Positions 39,527 through 51,956 of a DNA stretch of 64,000 nucleotides are shown here, one piece after another. The translations under genes were made by a program, and so were the position numbers. Source of the DNA: Hydrurus foetidus (Eukaryota); contig UYFQ01000576.1 in NCBI GenBank assembly GCA_900617105.1, positions 1 to 64,000 on the forward strand, read 5' to 3'. Below the pieces are notes generated by a model that searched no databases, was not told where the DNA came from, and worked only from the letters and a program-made list of their open reading frames with translations. Each line of letters begins with the position of its first letter. Within the stretch, counting starts at the first letter, position 1.

Positions 39527-42500
39527 CACCTGCGCTTCGAGCGGAGTACCCATGGCCGTGAGGGTCAGGGTGGACTGACTCGCAGTGACGTATGCAGCGG
39601 CAGAGGAGCGACCCCCACTCCCACCCGCTGCAAAGAACTCGTCAGAGCCAAGACCTGAGAGACAAAGAAAGAAAGACAGAAAGACAGACAGACATAAAGA
39701 GAGAGAAACATTAGAGAGTTGTGAAGAAAAAATGGTCCAAGTGGTATTGAGCGAAAGTACAGATATGGAAAGTCAAAATGTGCTGAGAAGGACTCTACAG
39801 GATGGTGAGATGTGACAGACAAGAGGATTAGGTCGGGGAGCGGTGAAGTTATGTAATGTTGCACTGAAGGAAATCTCAATCGTTGAGATGGATGGCATCA
39901 CAACGATTGAGATTCATCCAATCATCACAATTCTCCGACAAGATGTGTAGCAATTTCACTTCTCGTTAGCCGTCACCTAGATCGCTGTTCCTCCTGGGAG
40001 TGGGCGTGCTCGAAATGTACGGGGACTGAGGTACGTACGGCGATTGCGGTACGTACGGTGATTGGGGTACGTACGGTGACTGGCTGATGTACGGTGAGTG
40101 CACAACCACAGGGGAGGGGGGCAGTCGGGGGGAGGAGGAATATCCCGAGTAGGAGGGGTGGCTTTGTCCCTCGTGCGGTGTGGGGGGGTGGGACCCGTTG
40201 GGGGTGGGGGGCGGGAAGGATCCAAAGGGGGTCTCCCCACCCCCACCCGCACCCGCTGTTAGACCTTCGCTGTTCCCTCCCACCGTGGGTTTCTGCCAGT
40301 GTATGGTGGGCGCAGTGTAGAGCAGCGGGGACTTGAAGAGCTGCTTGAGGGCGAGGCGCATGGGATCCTTGCCGCCTATCAGATTCTCCATGATGTGGTA
40401 CAGCACGGTCGACTTGGATGTCATGTACTGTTTGAAGTAGGGCGAGAATGTCTCGTAGCGCTCCGGGAAGTAGGAGGCGAGGGGCAGACCCTTACCCGCC
40501 TTTTCCAGCTCCAACACCGAGTCGAGCAACTTCTGATACCTGGCGGACGTATAATCAAGACAACAAAATGAAATAGAGCAAAGTCATGTGATCAATGCGC
40601 AATAGTCAATGTAGCGTCGGTGGATAGATGACTTGTGGCAGATTTAAGAAAGCTACGTGATAGAGCACACCGCAACGCAATTGCTCCTGACTGCGTATAT
40701 AAATTCTACAAATGCATCATTTAAATGAATAATTTTTACGATTGCCTTCAGTCGAATCGAATTGAGTCGTGTTACATCGCATCGCATCGCATTGCTCACT
40801 GAAGTGAGGTACAACGTACAGTAGCGTACGCACATCGACTAATTCAATTGAATTGAATGGAACGTATTCAAGGGCATTAAGGAAGATGGAAGGAGCTGAC
40901 CTGAACTTGGCATCTTCCTCGCCGTAAATGTGCTCCACGTAGAAGTGAGTGAGGTAGCCCACAGCACCGTGCAGAATAAACTCCCCGTCATACTGGAGAA
41001 CAAGAGAAGGAGGTGAGGCGATAGATGGATGATGAGGAGTAGTATGGGCGGGTCAGGTTTGATGGTGAGTGATGAGAAAGAGTAGGAGGGAGATCGATGC
41101 CGAGGTCCACAAGAGTGGGAGGAGGCGATTCCTTTCAGTTCTGTCTAGAGCAAAGGACGTACAATAAAATGAAGTCATGATATATGGGAGACAAGTCAAT
41201 ACGCACTGAAGTAGGATCAAGTGAAGTGGGGCGAGGTGAGGCAAGGTAGCAGAAATGCAGGTGAGCGACACTGTTAGATGTGACAGTGACGAGCAGCCCG
41301 ATCTCTAACAAGTCAGTTGGGCAGATGGATTAGATCAGATTACCGAATCGATCGGCAGAGCTGACTTGAGCCACGAGTAGAGATACGCGGTAAGGTGGGC
41401 GATGTGCGAGGGGGTCTCCATGTACACCTGGCAAAGGGAGAGGGAAAGAGGAGGAGAAAGGAGGAGAAAATAAGATGTATGCAGATAAAAGGTACAGCAG
41501 TGGATGGCTGCAGCAGATGTGAGATGAGATGAGAAGAGAGAGTGGGAAGAAGAGAGAGTGGAGAAAGTGGGGAGAAGAGAAAAGCTGCCGATGGCTTGGA
41601 GTGTGGATGCACACGGATCCAAGGTCCTTCTTAATCTTCCTTTGTACAAGTTACTCTCCCTTCCTTCCTTCCTTCCTTCCTTCCTTCCTTCCTTCCTTCC
41701 TTCCAACCGGTTCTGCATCTCATCTCTTATCCCCACTCTCACTCTGACTTTGACTCTCAGTTTCAGCCACTCACATGGTCGGCAGTGTGCAGTAGGGAGG
41801 AATCCAGCAAGCTAAATCCGTCAAATGGTAGATACCGTTCCTCCAAATCGTGGATGTAGACCTTAGGGGTGATAAGGGGAAATACGGAAAGATAAAATAA
41901 GATAGAGGCTGAACGGTGGGGGGTGATTTGCAAGGTAGACATCGAAGCAATGTCTAAAAGAAGAATGAGTGACTGGCGTTTCACTCCCTCCCGTCCTCTC
42001 TCCATCTACCCCTCCTTCCCTCAGTCCATCTTTATCACGGTGCGATCCGATTACTATCCGTCCCACTCCTTCGAGCTTTCGATCTGACCGCCATTCAACT
42101 CAATCCGCCGTAGTGTAGTGTAGTGCAGTGCAGTGTATCAAGTGAAATGTCATGTCGGACCTGGGTGTACATGTCGTGGTCGTAGCGGTGACCGACAAAC
42201 TTGTGTATGTGGCTGAGAGACATGTCGAGAGCAAGGGTGGTGTGCCTCACGCTCTCTTCGTAGAGCAGCCGCCGCTCACCGCTCCTCCCTCCCTCTCTCT
42301 CTTCAGTCCTCATGGCGTCTCTCTCCCTCGCAGATAGAGAGTTGTCCTTTTTGCCTACTACTTTTTTGCTGCTGCTCACTCCGAGACCTGTCGGCATCGC
42401 GAACCCCACGAATGATCCCACTCCTGCTACTGATCCTGGAGTCCATTTCGTCTTGTCCTTGTCCTCTCCTTCTTGCTGCTGGTGCTGGTCATGTGCCGAT

Positions 42501-45500
42501 GCATGACTGTCCAGCTCCAGGGAAGAGATGCGAGACAGCGGTCTCCATTCTTCCTCTACCCTTCTCCTCTTGGAAGACACACCCACAGGGACGGAAAAAT
42601 CTCCCTCCTCTTTACCCCACAGGGCACCACCTATCCCCGTCCCCATTCCCATCCCTGCTCCGCCTCTGTGAGGGCTGGGACTTAAACCTGATGTGAGGGT
42701 GGGATCGGATGGAGCAGAAGGAAGCGTGATCGAGAGTGAAGAGGAGGCAGCGGTCAAGGAGTCCCTCCTCTCTGCGCCCTCTCTGTTCGTGATACCTACC
42801 ACACCCCAGGGTGACTTTCCCTCCACCTCCCTGGTCCCTCTCACGTCCAAATCAACAGCACTCCTCTTCAACCCCTCATTCCCATTCCCACTCCCACCAT
42901 CCCTGGACTTCGCCTGTGCCTTCGCCCCTGTATCGAGGAAGTCAGCGAGGTGCAGCGCGACCCAGTGCCGACCGATTACCTTGAAAAGAGGCATCTTGTA
43001 CTTCTCCACCTGCACTTAGAATGGCGTAGTGTAAGATAGAGCGATGATGGCATGTGCGAGGATTCGAAGTGGCATTTAAGCACAAGGAGGCAGGAAGAGG
43101 AAAGAGATGCGATACAGTACTGGGTGACGCTTGGCTTGCAGTGAAGCAAGAAAAGCGGATCAGAAAACACGAAAGAGTTTTGGTGTCATGGCACTTCTCG
43201 ATCCTGCTCTTGTGACGCAGTCAGAAAGCGCCTTGATGTATCTCTCTCTTTCTTTCTCTGTCATCGAGTGCGTGTGTTAGTCCCTCACTCTCTTCTTCCT
43301 TTATCTCGGTCTACGTATACAAGTATCCCACTCACTAAAATATTCTTCTATCTATTCCACTCTCTCCACCTCTTTCCTCTCCTCTCATTTCCTCTCCTCT
43401 CCACTCCTCTCCTCTCATTTCCTTCCAAGTGCTACTAATTCAAATCATGTCCGACTTCTCCGCACCGCATTCAAGAAAGGACAACTAGCTCACAGGAATA
43501 CATTGCGATCTTTTTCTTCTGGACGCGAATATCAGTGTCCAACTTCCGCAAGTACGTATTTTCTGCCACATAGCCCAGTGCTCTTTACCCTCAGTAACTC
43601 AGTGTCGTACCGGACCTATTTCATTACGGCCGTCGCATCAAATCACATTGCTCACATCACATCACATCACAACACACTACATCACACTGCATAACAACAC
43701 ACTACATCCTTCTTCCATACCGTCATGAGTGGAGCGCGGCACATTACATCATCAATCCTCCTGTCTCACCTGTCCGATAAAGAACCCGACCGACATGGCG
43801 GGCAGTCTCGTGACGGTGAAGAACCGTGTCGTGCTGATCTCCCTCCCCCTCTCTGTGCATTTTCCTGACCGCTCTGATCTGTCATCTGCGTCTATTGGCA
43901 TCCGGTCAGACGAGAAGCTGTACTCCAAGGGAACCATCGCACACAGCGCTTGGAACGATACTGGGGGGGCAGCCAGGTCCGACCCGTCCGCTGACCCTGA
44001 CCCCCTACTTCTCCGCCCCCTCTCCCTGTCTCTGTCTTTTTTCTCAGATGGAGGTGTTGAGGATACTTTCGATAGAATTTTTTTCCCGCATGTGAGTGCA
44101 GTGAGATGTGAGGGGTAGTGCATGGTGATGTCGAACACAGCCCTCTGGTCCGGACTGTCGAGACAAGGCAGCCAGCACCGCACCCCGTCCAGATCTCTCA
44201 GCGTCCCCTCTCCCCCTCCCAGAGAATACGCACAGCACGCCCGTGAGGCTGGAGCAGTGTGCGTCTGTCGTGTGCTGTCAGCGCTGCTGCTGCTGCTGCT
44301 CTCCCTCTTCCCTTGATGGCCCTCAAAGATCCCCACCCCTGCTCTATCTCTCTCTCTTTCTCCAGCTGAGTGGGAGGAGTCATCTGGATCCCTATAGGGA
44401 TGGCGGAACACATATCCTGCTAATGACCCAGACACGCAAGCCTTCAGAACGTAGGATATCTTGAGGACCAGTATTCTGCCGAAGTCCCTTTCCTCTCCTC
44501 CCCCCTCCTCCAACAGGAGCTGCACGTCATCGAGGTCTCCTTCTCCCCTGGATACCCGAGGGCCAAGATTCTCGTGGATCTAACGACACATCCAGATCGA
44601 TATGATGTTAGGTCAGTGGTATGATACGGCGATTACAGTACAGGTGTTCTTCGACAGAAGTGCAACAAAGCAGGTCATTGATCACCGCTGACTCCCTGTT
44701 CAAGCTATTCTACGCACCAGACTGACAGTCTCAATAAATTGTCAATCTCAAGACAAAGAATCAGTCGCTTGAATTGATTGCATGCTATCGTTGCTGCCAG
44801 GTGCTGCAGCTTCTCACTAAAAACAACGCTGTCTACAAATCTGTGATATGCTGCATAACTTGTTGTAGTGGGGACTGCAAAGCAACAGCTGATCAGATGA
44901 ATTACCTTCATCAGCTTTTCGTACTGCACAGTGACATCCTTGGGAACTCCCCTCGGAAGCGCTTCAGGTTTGTCAATCACCGAGGGTAAGTTCTCCGGAA
45001 TCTGCACACTCAGTTCTCCTGTTCTCGAAACTTCCAAAGCAGCTCGGTAGTTCACATCTGCCTCCTCCCCGAGAAACTTCGTTCGCGTCGACACATCATA
45101 GCTCAGCTGCTTCAGCGGATCGTTGTGCATAAATTCACAATCTATACCGTTCATTTGTATCTAAAATAATCAAGTAATGGCAGTAAATTAAAAATCACCA
45201 GAGCTGCGAAGAAAGTTTGTCTCATGTACAGCTGATTGTTATCTTCTCGTCTCAATCTCATACTGCTCAACGTTGCCTATCAGATTATGGCAATAAACAG
45301 CTCTGCTGATAAGCATGGATTGTTGACACTCACCTGCGTGATCTGACATTGCCTGCAGTGAAGATAGAACACACTTCCTGTACATATGTCGTCCTTGAAT
45401 CCGAGCCATAATGACGTCACGCCACTAATGCTCTCATTTTCAAAGTTAAAGCCAAGCTCTACAGACTGCTTGCGTATGATAGAAGTCACCGTCAGTGCAA

Positions 45501-45589
45501 GAAAGTGTTAAAATTGATGCTTTCCATGACTAAAACGTTTGTCTGATAACCTGATAGAGGACAAACGGGTAGACTGTCGCTTTCTCCAT
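13068..45589 (-). CDS. TAF2: Transcription initiation factor TFIID subunit 2 (M1 aminopeptidase-like fold), about 30 exons
   Basis: Manually spliced exons include 45589-45551, 45465-45334, 45160-44906, 44579-43770, 43009-42161, 41861-41775, 41427-41344, 40992-40901, 40539-39977, ~39095-38955, 23484-23371, 23054-22997, 22719-22610, 22294-22230, 21504-21388, 21054-20976, 20779-20665, 20484-20332, 19830-19684, 19061-18910, 18516-18415, 18016-17835, 17653-17582 and further exons to a TAG at 13068-13070. TAF2-like motifs appear in the expected order: [112 protein letters not shown]. Junctions around 39100-39650 and 14300-14950 are uncertain. Confidence 0.85.
13509..13720. mobile_element. MITE, Tc1/mariner-pogo type (212 bp), in a TAF2 intron
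   Basis: TIR ccgtagcagaataaaatgtc(t/c)gcctttc(a/g)tgcccaaaa (about 38 bp, 2 mismatches) at both ends; TA on each side (13507-13508, 13721-13722). Confidence 0.85.
16141..16200. repeat. (AAGGT)n intronic microsatellite
   Basis: Direct reading of the sequence. Confidence 0.9.
17105..17202. repeat. (GATA)n intronic microsatellite
   Basis: Direct reading; interrupted in its first third. Confidence 0.9.
18539..18739. repeat. 21-bp intronic minisatellite (GCATGATTGG[GTG/ATC]GTGACATT), about 9 copies
   Basis: Tandem units with two alternating internal variants. Confidence 0.9.
19315..19480. repeat. Compound (GACA)n/(CATA)n/(CAGAATA)n intronic microsatellite
   Basis: Direct reading of the sequence. 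Confidence 0.85.
23736..38864. repeat. 36-bp tandem satellite, about 420 copies, inside a 15,470-bp TAF2 intron (23485-38954)
   Basis: Unit GCAGGTAT[A/C]CACATGAAAGAAGTCACACTGCCTCAT; 15,129 bp / 36 is about 420. Nearly invariant except one A/C site, six left-edge units with TTCAGG, and a few indels (about 30547, 31050, 33176, 33620, 35020, 37469). Confidence 0.98.
39465..39523. repeat. (TC)n intronic microsatellite next to a splice donor
   Basis: Direct reading of the sequence. Confidence 0.9.
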
Positions 45590-46083
45590 GACGCCACAAT
45601 AGCAGCTGTCACTGCTGAGTCCTAAGAAGGAATGACGCAACAGATCTTCCTCATGCTTGACATTGCTTCCTTAAAATCTACAGCAGGGCGTGCACTGTGT
45701 ACTCAGCACTCAGCACTCTGCTGGGCTGCTGTAGACTGTAGAGTGGTTTACGGTTCACCTACCGTCGAGTCCCCTACCTTCGTCATAACACCGAACCTAT
45801 ACGAAAAATTTCGCGGTGAAAGCGGTCTCAGGGCCATTCTACACGGCGACAAATTTTGGTAAATTTTAGTAAATTTTGGTAAAATCAGTCTTGCGTTGAT
45901 TCTAGACGGGAAACGCTGTTTTTAATTGAATTTAGCAAAATTGATGTGAATTCAGTTCATTTCACTCTACACGGCGCGACTCAATACATCTTATCAACTC
46001 AATGATGATACAGTACTTGCGTACTGCATGTCTTTTAAAGAGGTGACTTCGTCTGCAATCACAATTTGAGGAGGCATTCCCAA

Positions 46084-47208
46084 ATGATCATCAACTACGA
46101 CGATGACGACGCCGAAGATGAGAAGTATCTACAAAAGTTGGCAGATGATGAGGAGTCTGATGATGAGTTGGACGCGCTTCTTTTCCCATGTCTAATTCGA
46201 CTTAATAGTCAGCGCAACAGTCCTCTATTCAGAAAGCGATGGGACAGCTCGTATTTGGTAAATCTTGCTGTAAATGAAGGGTCTTTCCTTTCCGAATATC
46301 GTGTAGATCCTGGTGGTTTCGATGTCCTGTTGAGAATTCTTGGCGACAGTATTCAGCGTGATGAAAAGTTTTCGAAGTTGTCCATGTCTGGGAGTGGTTC
46401 TGCTTGCATTACTTCTGCATCACGTCTAGGAGCAGCGTTGATAATGCTAGGCGGAGGTCGTAATATAGAGGCTATGAGGACCCATGGCATGTCTATGCCG
46501 ACTGCGTATGACAACTTTCACAGGGTTATTGAAGCTATCAATGAACACCCTGCCCTCGAAATTGTTTGTGATAATAGCATCACCGCATTACGGACGAGGA
46601 GCGCGCAGTTTATGGAGCGGAGCACCCATGATATTTTTCAATACTGTACTGGAGCGATTGACGGTTTGGCTATTCACATTCGTGCTCCATCTAGTGCAGA
46701 GGTGATGAATCAGTCGAGATTCTACTCAGGGAGCAAAAAGAAATATTGCCTTAATATGCAAGGAGTTTGCGATGCTAAACGCCGATTTATAGCAGTTACG
46801 TGCAAGCACGTGGGTTCAACCAACGATGCCGTCGCTTACGTCCAGGGATCACTAAAGGATCTTTGTGAGGTCCAGAAATTTTCTTTCCACTGGAATGGAG
46901 ATAATGCGTACACGCTTTCGGAGTCCATGATGATTCCGTTTCCCGGTGCTAATTTGAGTGTAACCCATCCATCTAAAGAGTGGTTTAATTTCTGGCATAG
47001 TCAAGTGCGGATTACTATCGAGCGTACGTTTGGGATATTCATTCAGAGATGGGGAATATTCCCTCCTATGTATGACCTCCTTGGCATTATTTACTGCGAA
47101 TTGCTCTGTTGGCATTTGACCCACGATCTCACTCTGATCAACATCGCTTTCAACTCCATAGTCTTCAGCTCCACTCCCTGTTATTTCTGTGTTGGAATGA
47201 CCGGTTAA
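46084..47208 (+). pseudogene. Harbinger (DDE_Tnp_4/HARBI1-like) transposase of H1, C-terminally truncated
   Basis: GAIDGLAIHI, LNMQGVCDA, GSTND, NGDNAY, FNFWHSQVRITIERTFGIFIQRWGIF. Homology stops at ~47060; the usual C..LHN motif is missing and the frame runs into the antisense of the accessory gene. Confidence 0.88.
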
Positions 47209-49115
47209 TGAAGTTAAATCTCCACCGCTGTCGCTAATCTGGTCATTATCCATGGAATACGTGTCATCTCCTAGACATTCATCTTCATCGCGTTTTGAAC
47301 TGCTAGGCCCACTTTCTGCCCCCCCACCATACTCCACTACTTCAGTGTACCTCAGTCCATCATTATTACTGCCACTGTCAGCAATCATTACAGCCATTCG
47401 ACTGCTGCGGCTGAGGCCTTCGTCATAAACACTCTCCACTTGATATCTTTGAACGTCGGGGAACCTGATCAAAATGATATTGTATGAAGTTTATTAGGTT
47501 TCAGTGTGAATAATTTAAAATAATAATAAAGTGACACTATTTTTCTTATACCTAACATGCGGGGTAAGGAAATTCTCAGATTCGCTTCTTTCCTCTTTGT
47601 CCAATTCATCAAATTCTTTCATGAGCTTCGCAACGGATTTTGTAGCGAAAAGCCATCTCACGGGTGGATCATCCACATTGAAGTTAGGACGACTTTCTAC
47701 AGCATCAATTTGGTTGTTGAAAATGTCCATTTTCTGAATCATGGCCAATTTGGACTGCTCTTTATTTTTCATTATCATCGTCCTTTGGACTGCAAATGAC
47801 ATCGCTTTCGACTCCTGTGCGGCGTCATACTTCTTTTTAAAAATGTCTGTCATCTCCCTTAATGATCGATCATTAGTGCTAATGCATCGGGATTTCTTCA
47901 AGGGTAACTCTGTTGAGGCAGATAGATTTGTATCAAGACCGCCTATTCAAAGCGTAAATGAGTGAAACATTAATTAAATTTCAAGTTATGTTGACATTTA
48001 ATTTTATTATTGTGAAATGTATGGAGATGGCGTGAGGTACAAAGTAAACAATGCGCAATACAGAATACAGAATACAGAATACAGAATACAGAATACAGAG
48101 TACAAAATACAAAACACAGTTGTGCAGTCAAATGAATGATATTACTGTTAGAGTTAATCAAGACGTCTATAGTTCAATCAATATGTGATAACGAAGTTAG
48201 AGGTGAAGTGTGGAGGTGACATTAGAAACACAATAAACAGTGCGGAATACAGAATACAGAATACAAAATACGGAAGTTCGGCTAAATTTAAGTAGTTACG
48301 GTTCAGTCGTTTAAACACAATACTATAAAGTGGTACTTGTCTATACCATCTACTGTGGTCCCCTCTGCACAAAAGGAATTCAACTCAGGATTGCCTAGGC
48401 TTTTCAGCTTCAAGTGCAAATACAGCGCGTTCACGTTGCCAAGACAGTAAGAAAAAAACTCATGATGATTGTGCTGTCCAGATGCTGTATATTTAATTGA
48501 GATTACTGAATATTGACGAATGACGGCATTGAACGTCTTGAAAATGTGCTTTGCTGTAATCATCCCTGAGGTGTTGTTCTTCTCTGTATCAATTTTGGCC
48601 CTCACTAATTCTGGATGATCCGAAATAATTCCGCCGCTGTTGTACGTGCTATAGTTGAATTTATCCCTGGTTTCCTTAAATATTGGCTGTTTTTGGTTAG
48701 TTTCCTTGTTCTGAAGAGCATATTTGCTCGCGAGAAGAGCCGATCGAACGAGGGCATCTGGGTGGTCCAGAATGATGTTGCAAATTCTTGGGAAGGTGTT
48801 CACATTACTGATGAATTTCGACGCAATTTCGTCATCATCACTCTCTTCATCCAGAGCTTCAGAAGTGTGGAGAGCTGCTAATTCTGCAACACGCTTCCGT
48901 TTCTTGATTATGTTATCTATTAGAGTGCTTTTGTTGAAGCATCTGTTTAAACTCAGATGCTCTGAGATCTGCTTCACTCTGGAAAGAGATATTCCAGACA
49001 GTTTTGAGCTGCCTTTTACGCGTTTCAGATCCTCATCGGAAAAGTTACAGAGCTTGTCAATTTCTACTTCGTAATCCACCGGCATTTCCGATGCAAGATC
49101 GGCGCTGTCCGCCAT
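47061..49115 (-). CDS. H1 accessory (ORF1-type) protein, spliced, 3' end lost at the deletion junction
   Basis: ORFs 48303-49115, 47515-47901 and 46852-47472 join through GT-AG introns (…VDG/GLDT…, …HVR/FPD…); sits convergent to the transposase within the TIRs. Confidence 0.7.
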
Positions 49116-49564
49116 ATTAGTGGCTGATGATTAATATGTAGTATGTCCACGCAGCCAGCCAGATTGAATTCACCTGAATTCAATTTCTTCGCTGAATTCA
49201 ATCGACTGTTTTTCGGTCGATAAAATTCAGGTGAATTCACCAAAAAAAACAGTCTGATTTCAGTTGAATTCACCTGAATTCACCAAAAATCGTCGAAAAG
49301 ATGCTCGTGTAGAATGACCCTCAGGCTACAATTCACCGCAACGTCTAAACGGAGTCGGTGTAGTATAACGTAGATTCTGACCGTGTGCTACAATTTGACT
49401 TAATTCACCGTTCTCCGGAATATATCTTACGTTATAATTCAAAATTCGAAAATTTGAATAATTTCTCGACTTTTACCGACCGTTACATCATTTCTAAGCA
49501 ACATATGCTATAGCTTCTAGTGACTTCTGATGCACAAATTTTTGAAGTCGGTTCGCTCCTCAGG

Positions 49565-51013
49565 ATGATTTATTCTCTCAGTCAGTTTTCTGCCATGATG
49601 ATGATCATGCTAAGGGTCATCAAGAGGCGCAAAGTTGCAAAGTCAAGTGCAAAGCCACGGCGTAGTCCTACGTCTGTTCCCCGATTGAAGGCAATCGATT
49701 ATTGGTACTCTCCATGGGGTCAGCTTCTGAGGCGTTTTGCTGCAATTGATGGTGGACCATCAATTGCATCAAGAGACGGCAAATTGTTCAGGCGCCGATT
49801 TCGAGTCCCATACAGCGTATATCGCAATTTGGTGCAGAAATGCCACGAGAAGAACCTCTTCGGTGAGAATTCTTCTAAGGAAAAGGATATTACTGGGAGA
49901 AGTATTTGTCCTGTTGAAATCAAATTATTGTCGGTACTTCGAGTACTGGGCCGGAATTGGAATTTTGATGACATCGCTGAGGCAACATTCATGGGGGAGT
50001 CGACTGCAAGGAGAATGTTCCACACATTTTGTTCTAATTTTGTGGAACACTTTTATTCGGTGTTTGTTTACAGACCAACTGGTGACAAACTATCAAGAGT
50101 CATGAAAGTTTTTGAGCAAATGGGATTACCGGGCTGTATTGGCTCCACAGACTGTGTTCATTTAAAATGGGATCGGTGTCCTGTTGGACTTGCTCAACTA
50201 TGCTCTGGTAAGGAGGGATTTCCTACTCTTGCATATTCTTGCACAGTAGATCATCACCATAGGATTTTAGCATCTACTACTAGTTATTGGGGTGCAAAAA
50301 ATGATAAAACGATAGTGCGTGGAGATACTTATATTACAGATGTGAGAGAAAAAAAAGTACACGATGATGTAGAGTTTAATGTTTATGTAAATGGTGTATT
50401 GAAACCAATGAAAGGTGTGTATTATATTTGTGACGGTGGATATCATAAGTGGACATGTATGATAAATCCTATGAAACATACATCTGTTAGAAGTGATAGA
50501 TTGTGGTCGGAATGGCTTGAATCTACAAGAAAAGATGTAGAATGTACGTTTGGTAGTCTTAAAAGTAGATGGAGGTTTTTGAGAAATGGTATTGTGTTAC
50601 AAGATCAAAATTCTATAGATAATGTATTTTTTACTTGTTGTATATTGCATAATATGATATTGGAGTGTGATGGATTAGATTGTAGATGGGAGAAGGAAGT
50701 TGATTGGGAAACATTAAACCCCCAACCAACAAATTCTGATGAAGGATTTGATGAAGACACAGAGACTGTAATTAGTAATCAACAAATTTTAATTACTCGA
50801 CGTGTTACAGAATGGGTATCACCAAGAGAAAACACTGTAGAGGAGGACTTCGAGTTGGGAAATGAATTTGTTGAAGAGTGGGATAATGACTTTAATGCTA
50901 AACGTAGAATACTGGTAGATCATTTTCAATATGCTTATAATTTAGGTTTAGTCAAGTGGCCTAGACAATTTACTGAGCAAAAAAAGGCCATATACAATAA
51001 AGGGAAAGTGTAA
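49565..51013 (+). CDS. Harbinger transposase of H2 (Plant_tran-like)
   Basis: FRRRFRV, GLPGCIGSTDCVHLKWDRCP, GKEGFPTLAY, GAKNDKTI, ICDGGY, RKDVECTFGSLKSRWRFL, CCILHNM; uninterrupted ORF; start codon uncertain. Confidence 0.93.
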   Translation: MIYSLSQFSAMMMIMLRVIKRRKVAKSSAKPRRSPTSVPRLKAIDYWYSPWGQLLRRFAAIDGGPSIASRDGKLFRRRFRVPYSVYRNLVQKCHEKNLFGENSSKEKDITGRSICPVEIKLLSVLRVLGRNWNFDDIAEATFMGESTARRMFHTFCSNFVEHFYSVFVYRPTGDKLSRVMKVFEQMGLPGCIGSTDCVHLKWDRCPVGLAQLCSGKEGFPTLAYSCTVDHHHRILASTTSYWGAKNDKTIVRGDTYITDVREKKVHDDVEFNVYVNGVLKPMKGVYYICDGGYHKWTCMINPMKHTSVRSDRLWSEWLESTRKDVECTFGSLKSRWRFLRNGIVLQDQNSIDNVFFTCCILHNMILECDGLDCRWEKEVDWETLNPQPTNSDEGFDEDTETVISNQQILITRRVTEWVSPRENTVEEDFELGNEFVEEWDNDFNAKRRILVDHFQYAYNLGLVKWPRQFTEQKKAIYNKGKV

Positions 51014-51131
51014 AAACATAATCACAGTATTGCTTGCTAATAATATTGTTAACTCATACCATGCTGTAGGATATCATTAACTTTCAATTAATAATATAAT
51101 TTCAATTTTGCGAAAACTAAAAGTTTTTTTT

Positions 51132-51316
51132 CAGTGGAGTGTCTTGTGCTGAGGAGTGCAGCAAGCAGTGCAGTGCAGTTAGCAGTGCAGTGGAGTGTCT
51201 TGTGCTGAGGAGTGCGGCAAGCAGTTCAGTGCAGCTAGCAGTGCAGTGGAGTGTCTTGTGCTGAGGAGTGCGGCAAGCAGTGCAGTGCAGTTGAGCTGAG
51301 TAGTGTCTTGTGCTGT
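51132..51316. repeat. ~56-bp tandem repeat, about 3 copies, between the convergent H2 genes
   Basis: cagtggagtgtcttgtgctgaggagtgc(a/g)gcaagcag… repeated; a further partial copy at ~51885-51935. Confidence 0.8.
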
Positions 51317-51543
51317 TTGAAAATTAAAATATATTTTTGGAGCTAAAGCTGATTTGTTAATTATAATATGAGATGGATTCGTTAAAGAGAATATATATAT
51401 CTAAAAAAAATAGAAAAAAAAAATAGAAAAAAATTAAAATATCGAAAAAAAAGGTCGTTGACGTTGACAAAAAAAAACCGCAGGGGAATACTCAATCGAG
51501 TACCGAGAGGAAGTTACAAAACAGTGCAATAGAAATGTAACAT

Positions 51544-51885
51544 CGAGTGGAGTGGAGGAGTGTCTTAGAAGGGAGAGAGCACCGAGTGGAGTGGAGGAGT
51601 GTCTTAGAAGGGAGAGAGCACCGAGTGGAGTGGAGGGGTGTCTTAGAAGGGAGAGAGACCGAGTGGAGTGGAGTCTTGGAAGGGAGAGAGAGTGGAGAAG
51701 GAAGTGGAGTGGAGGGGCACCGAGTGGAGTGGAGGGTGTCTTAGAAGGGAGAGGCACCGGAGTGGAGTGGAGAAGGGAGAGAGCACCGAGTGGAGTGGAG
51801 GAGTGTCTTAGAAGGGAGAGAGCACCGAGTGGAGTGGAGGAGAAGGGAGAGAGAAGTGGAGGAGTGTCTTAGAAGAGAGAGCAGT
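51544..51885. repeat. Purine-rich ~39-bp minisatellite within H2
   Basis: ccgagtggagtggaggagtgtcttagaagggagagagca and degenerate copies in tandem. Confidence 0.85.
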
Positions 51886-51956
51886 GTGCTGAGGAGTGCA
51901 GCTAGCAGTGCAGTGGAGTGTCTTGTGCTGAGGAGGATGGCGCAGCCTGCAGGCTC

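Larger units (their letters stand above)
45831..49320. mobile_element. PIF/Harbinger element H1, internally deleted
   Basis: 15-bp TIR ggg(c/t)cattctacacg, TCA at 45828-45830 and 49321-49323; convergent transposase and accessory gene. Confidence 0.92.
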
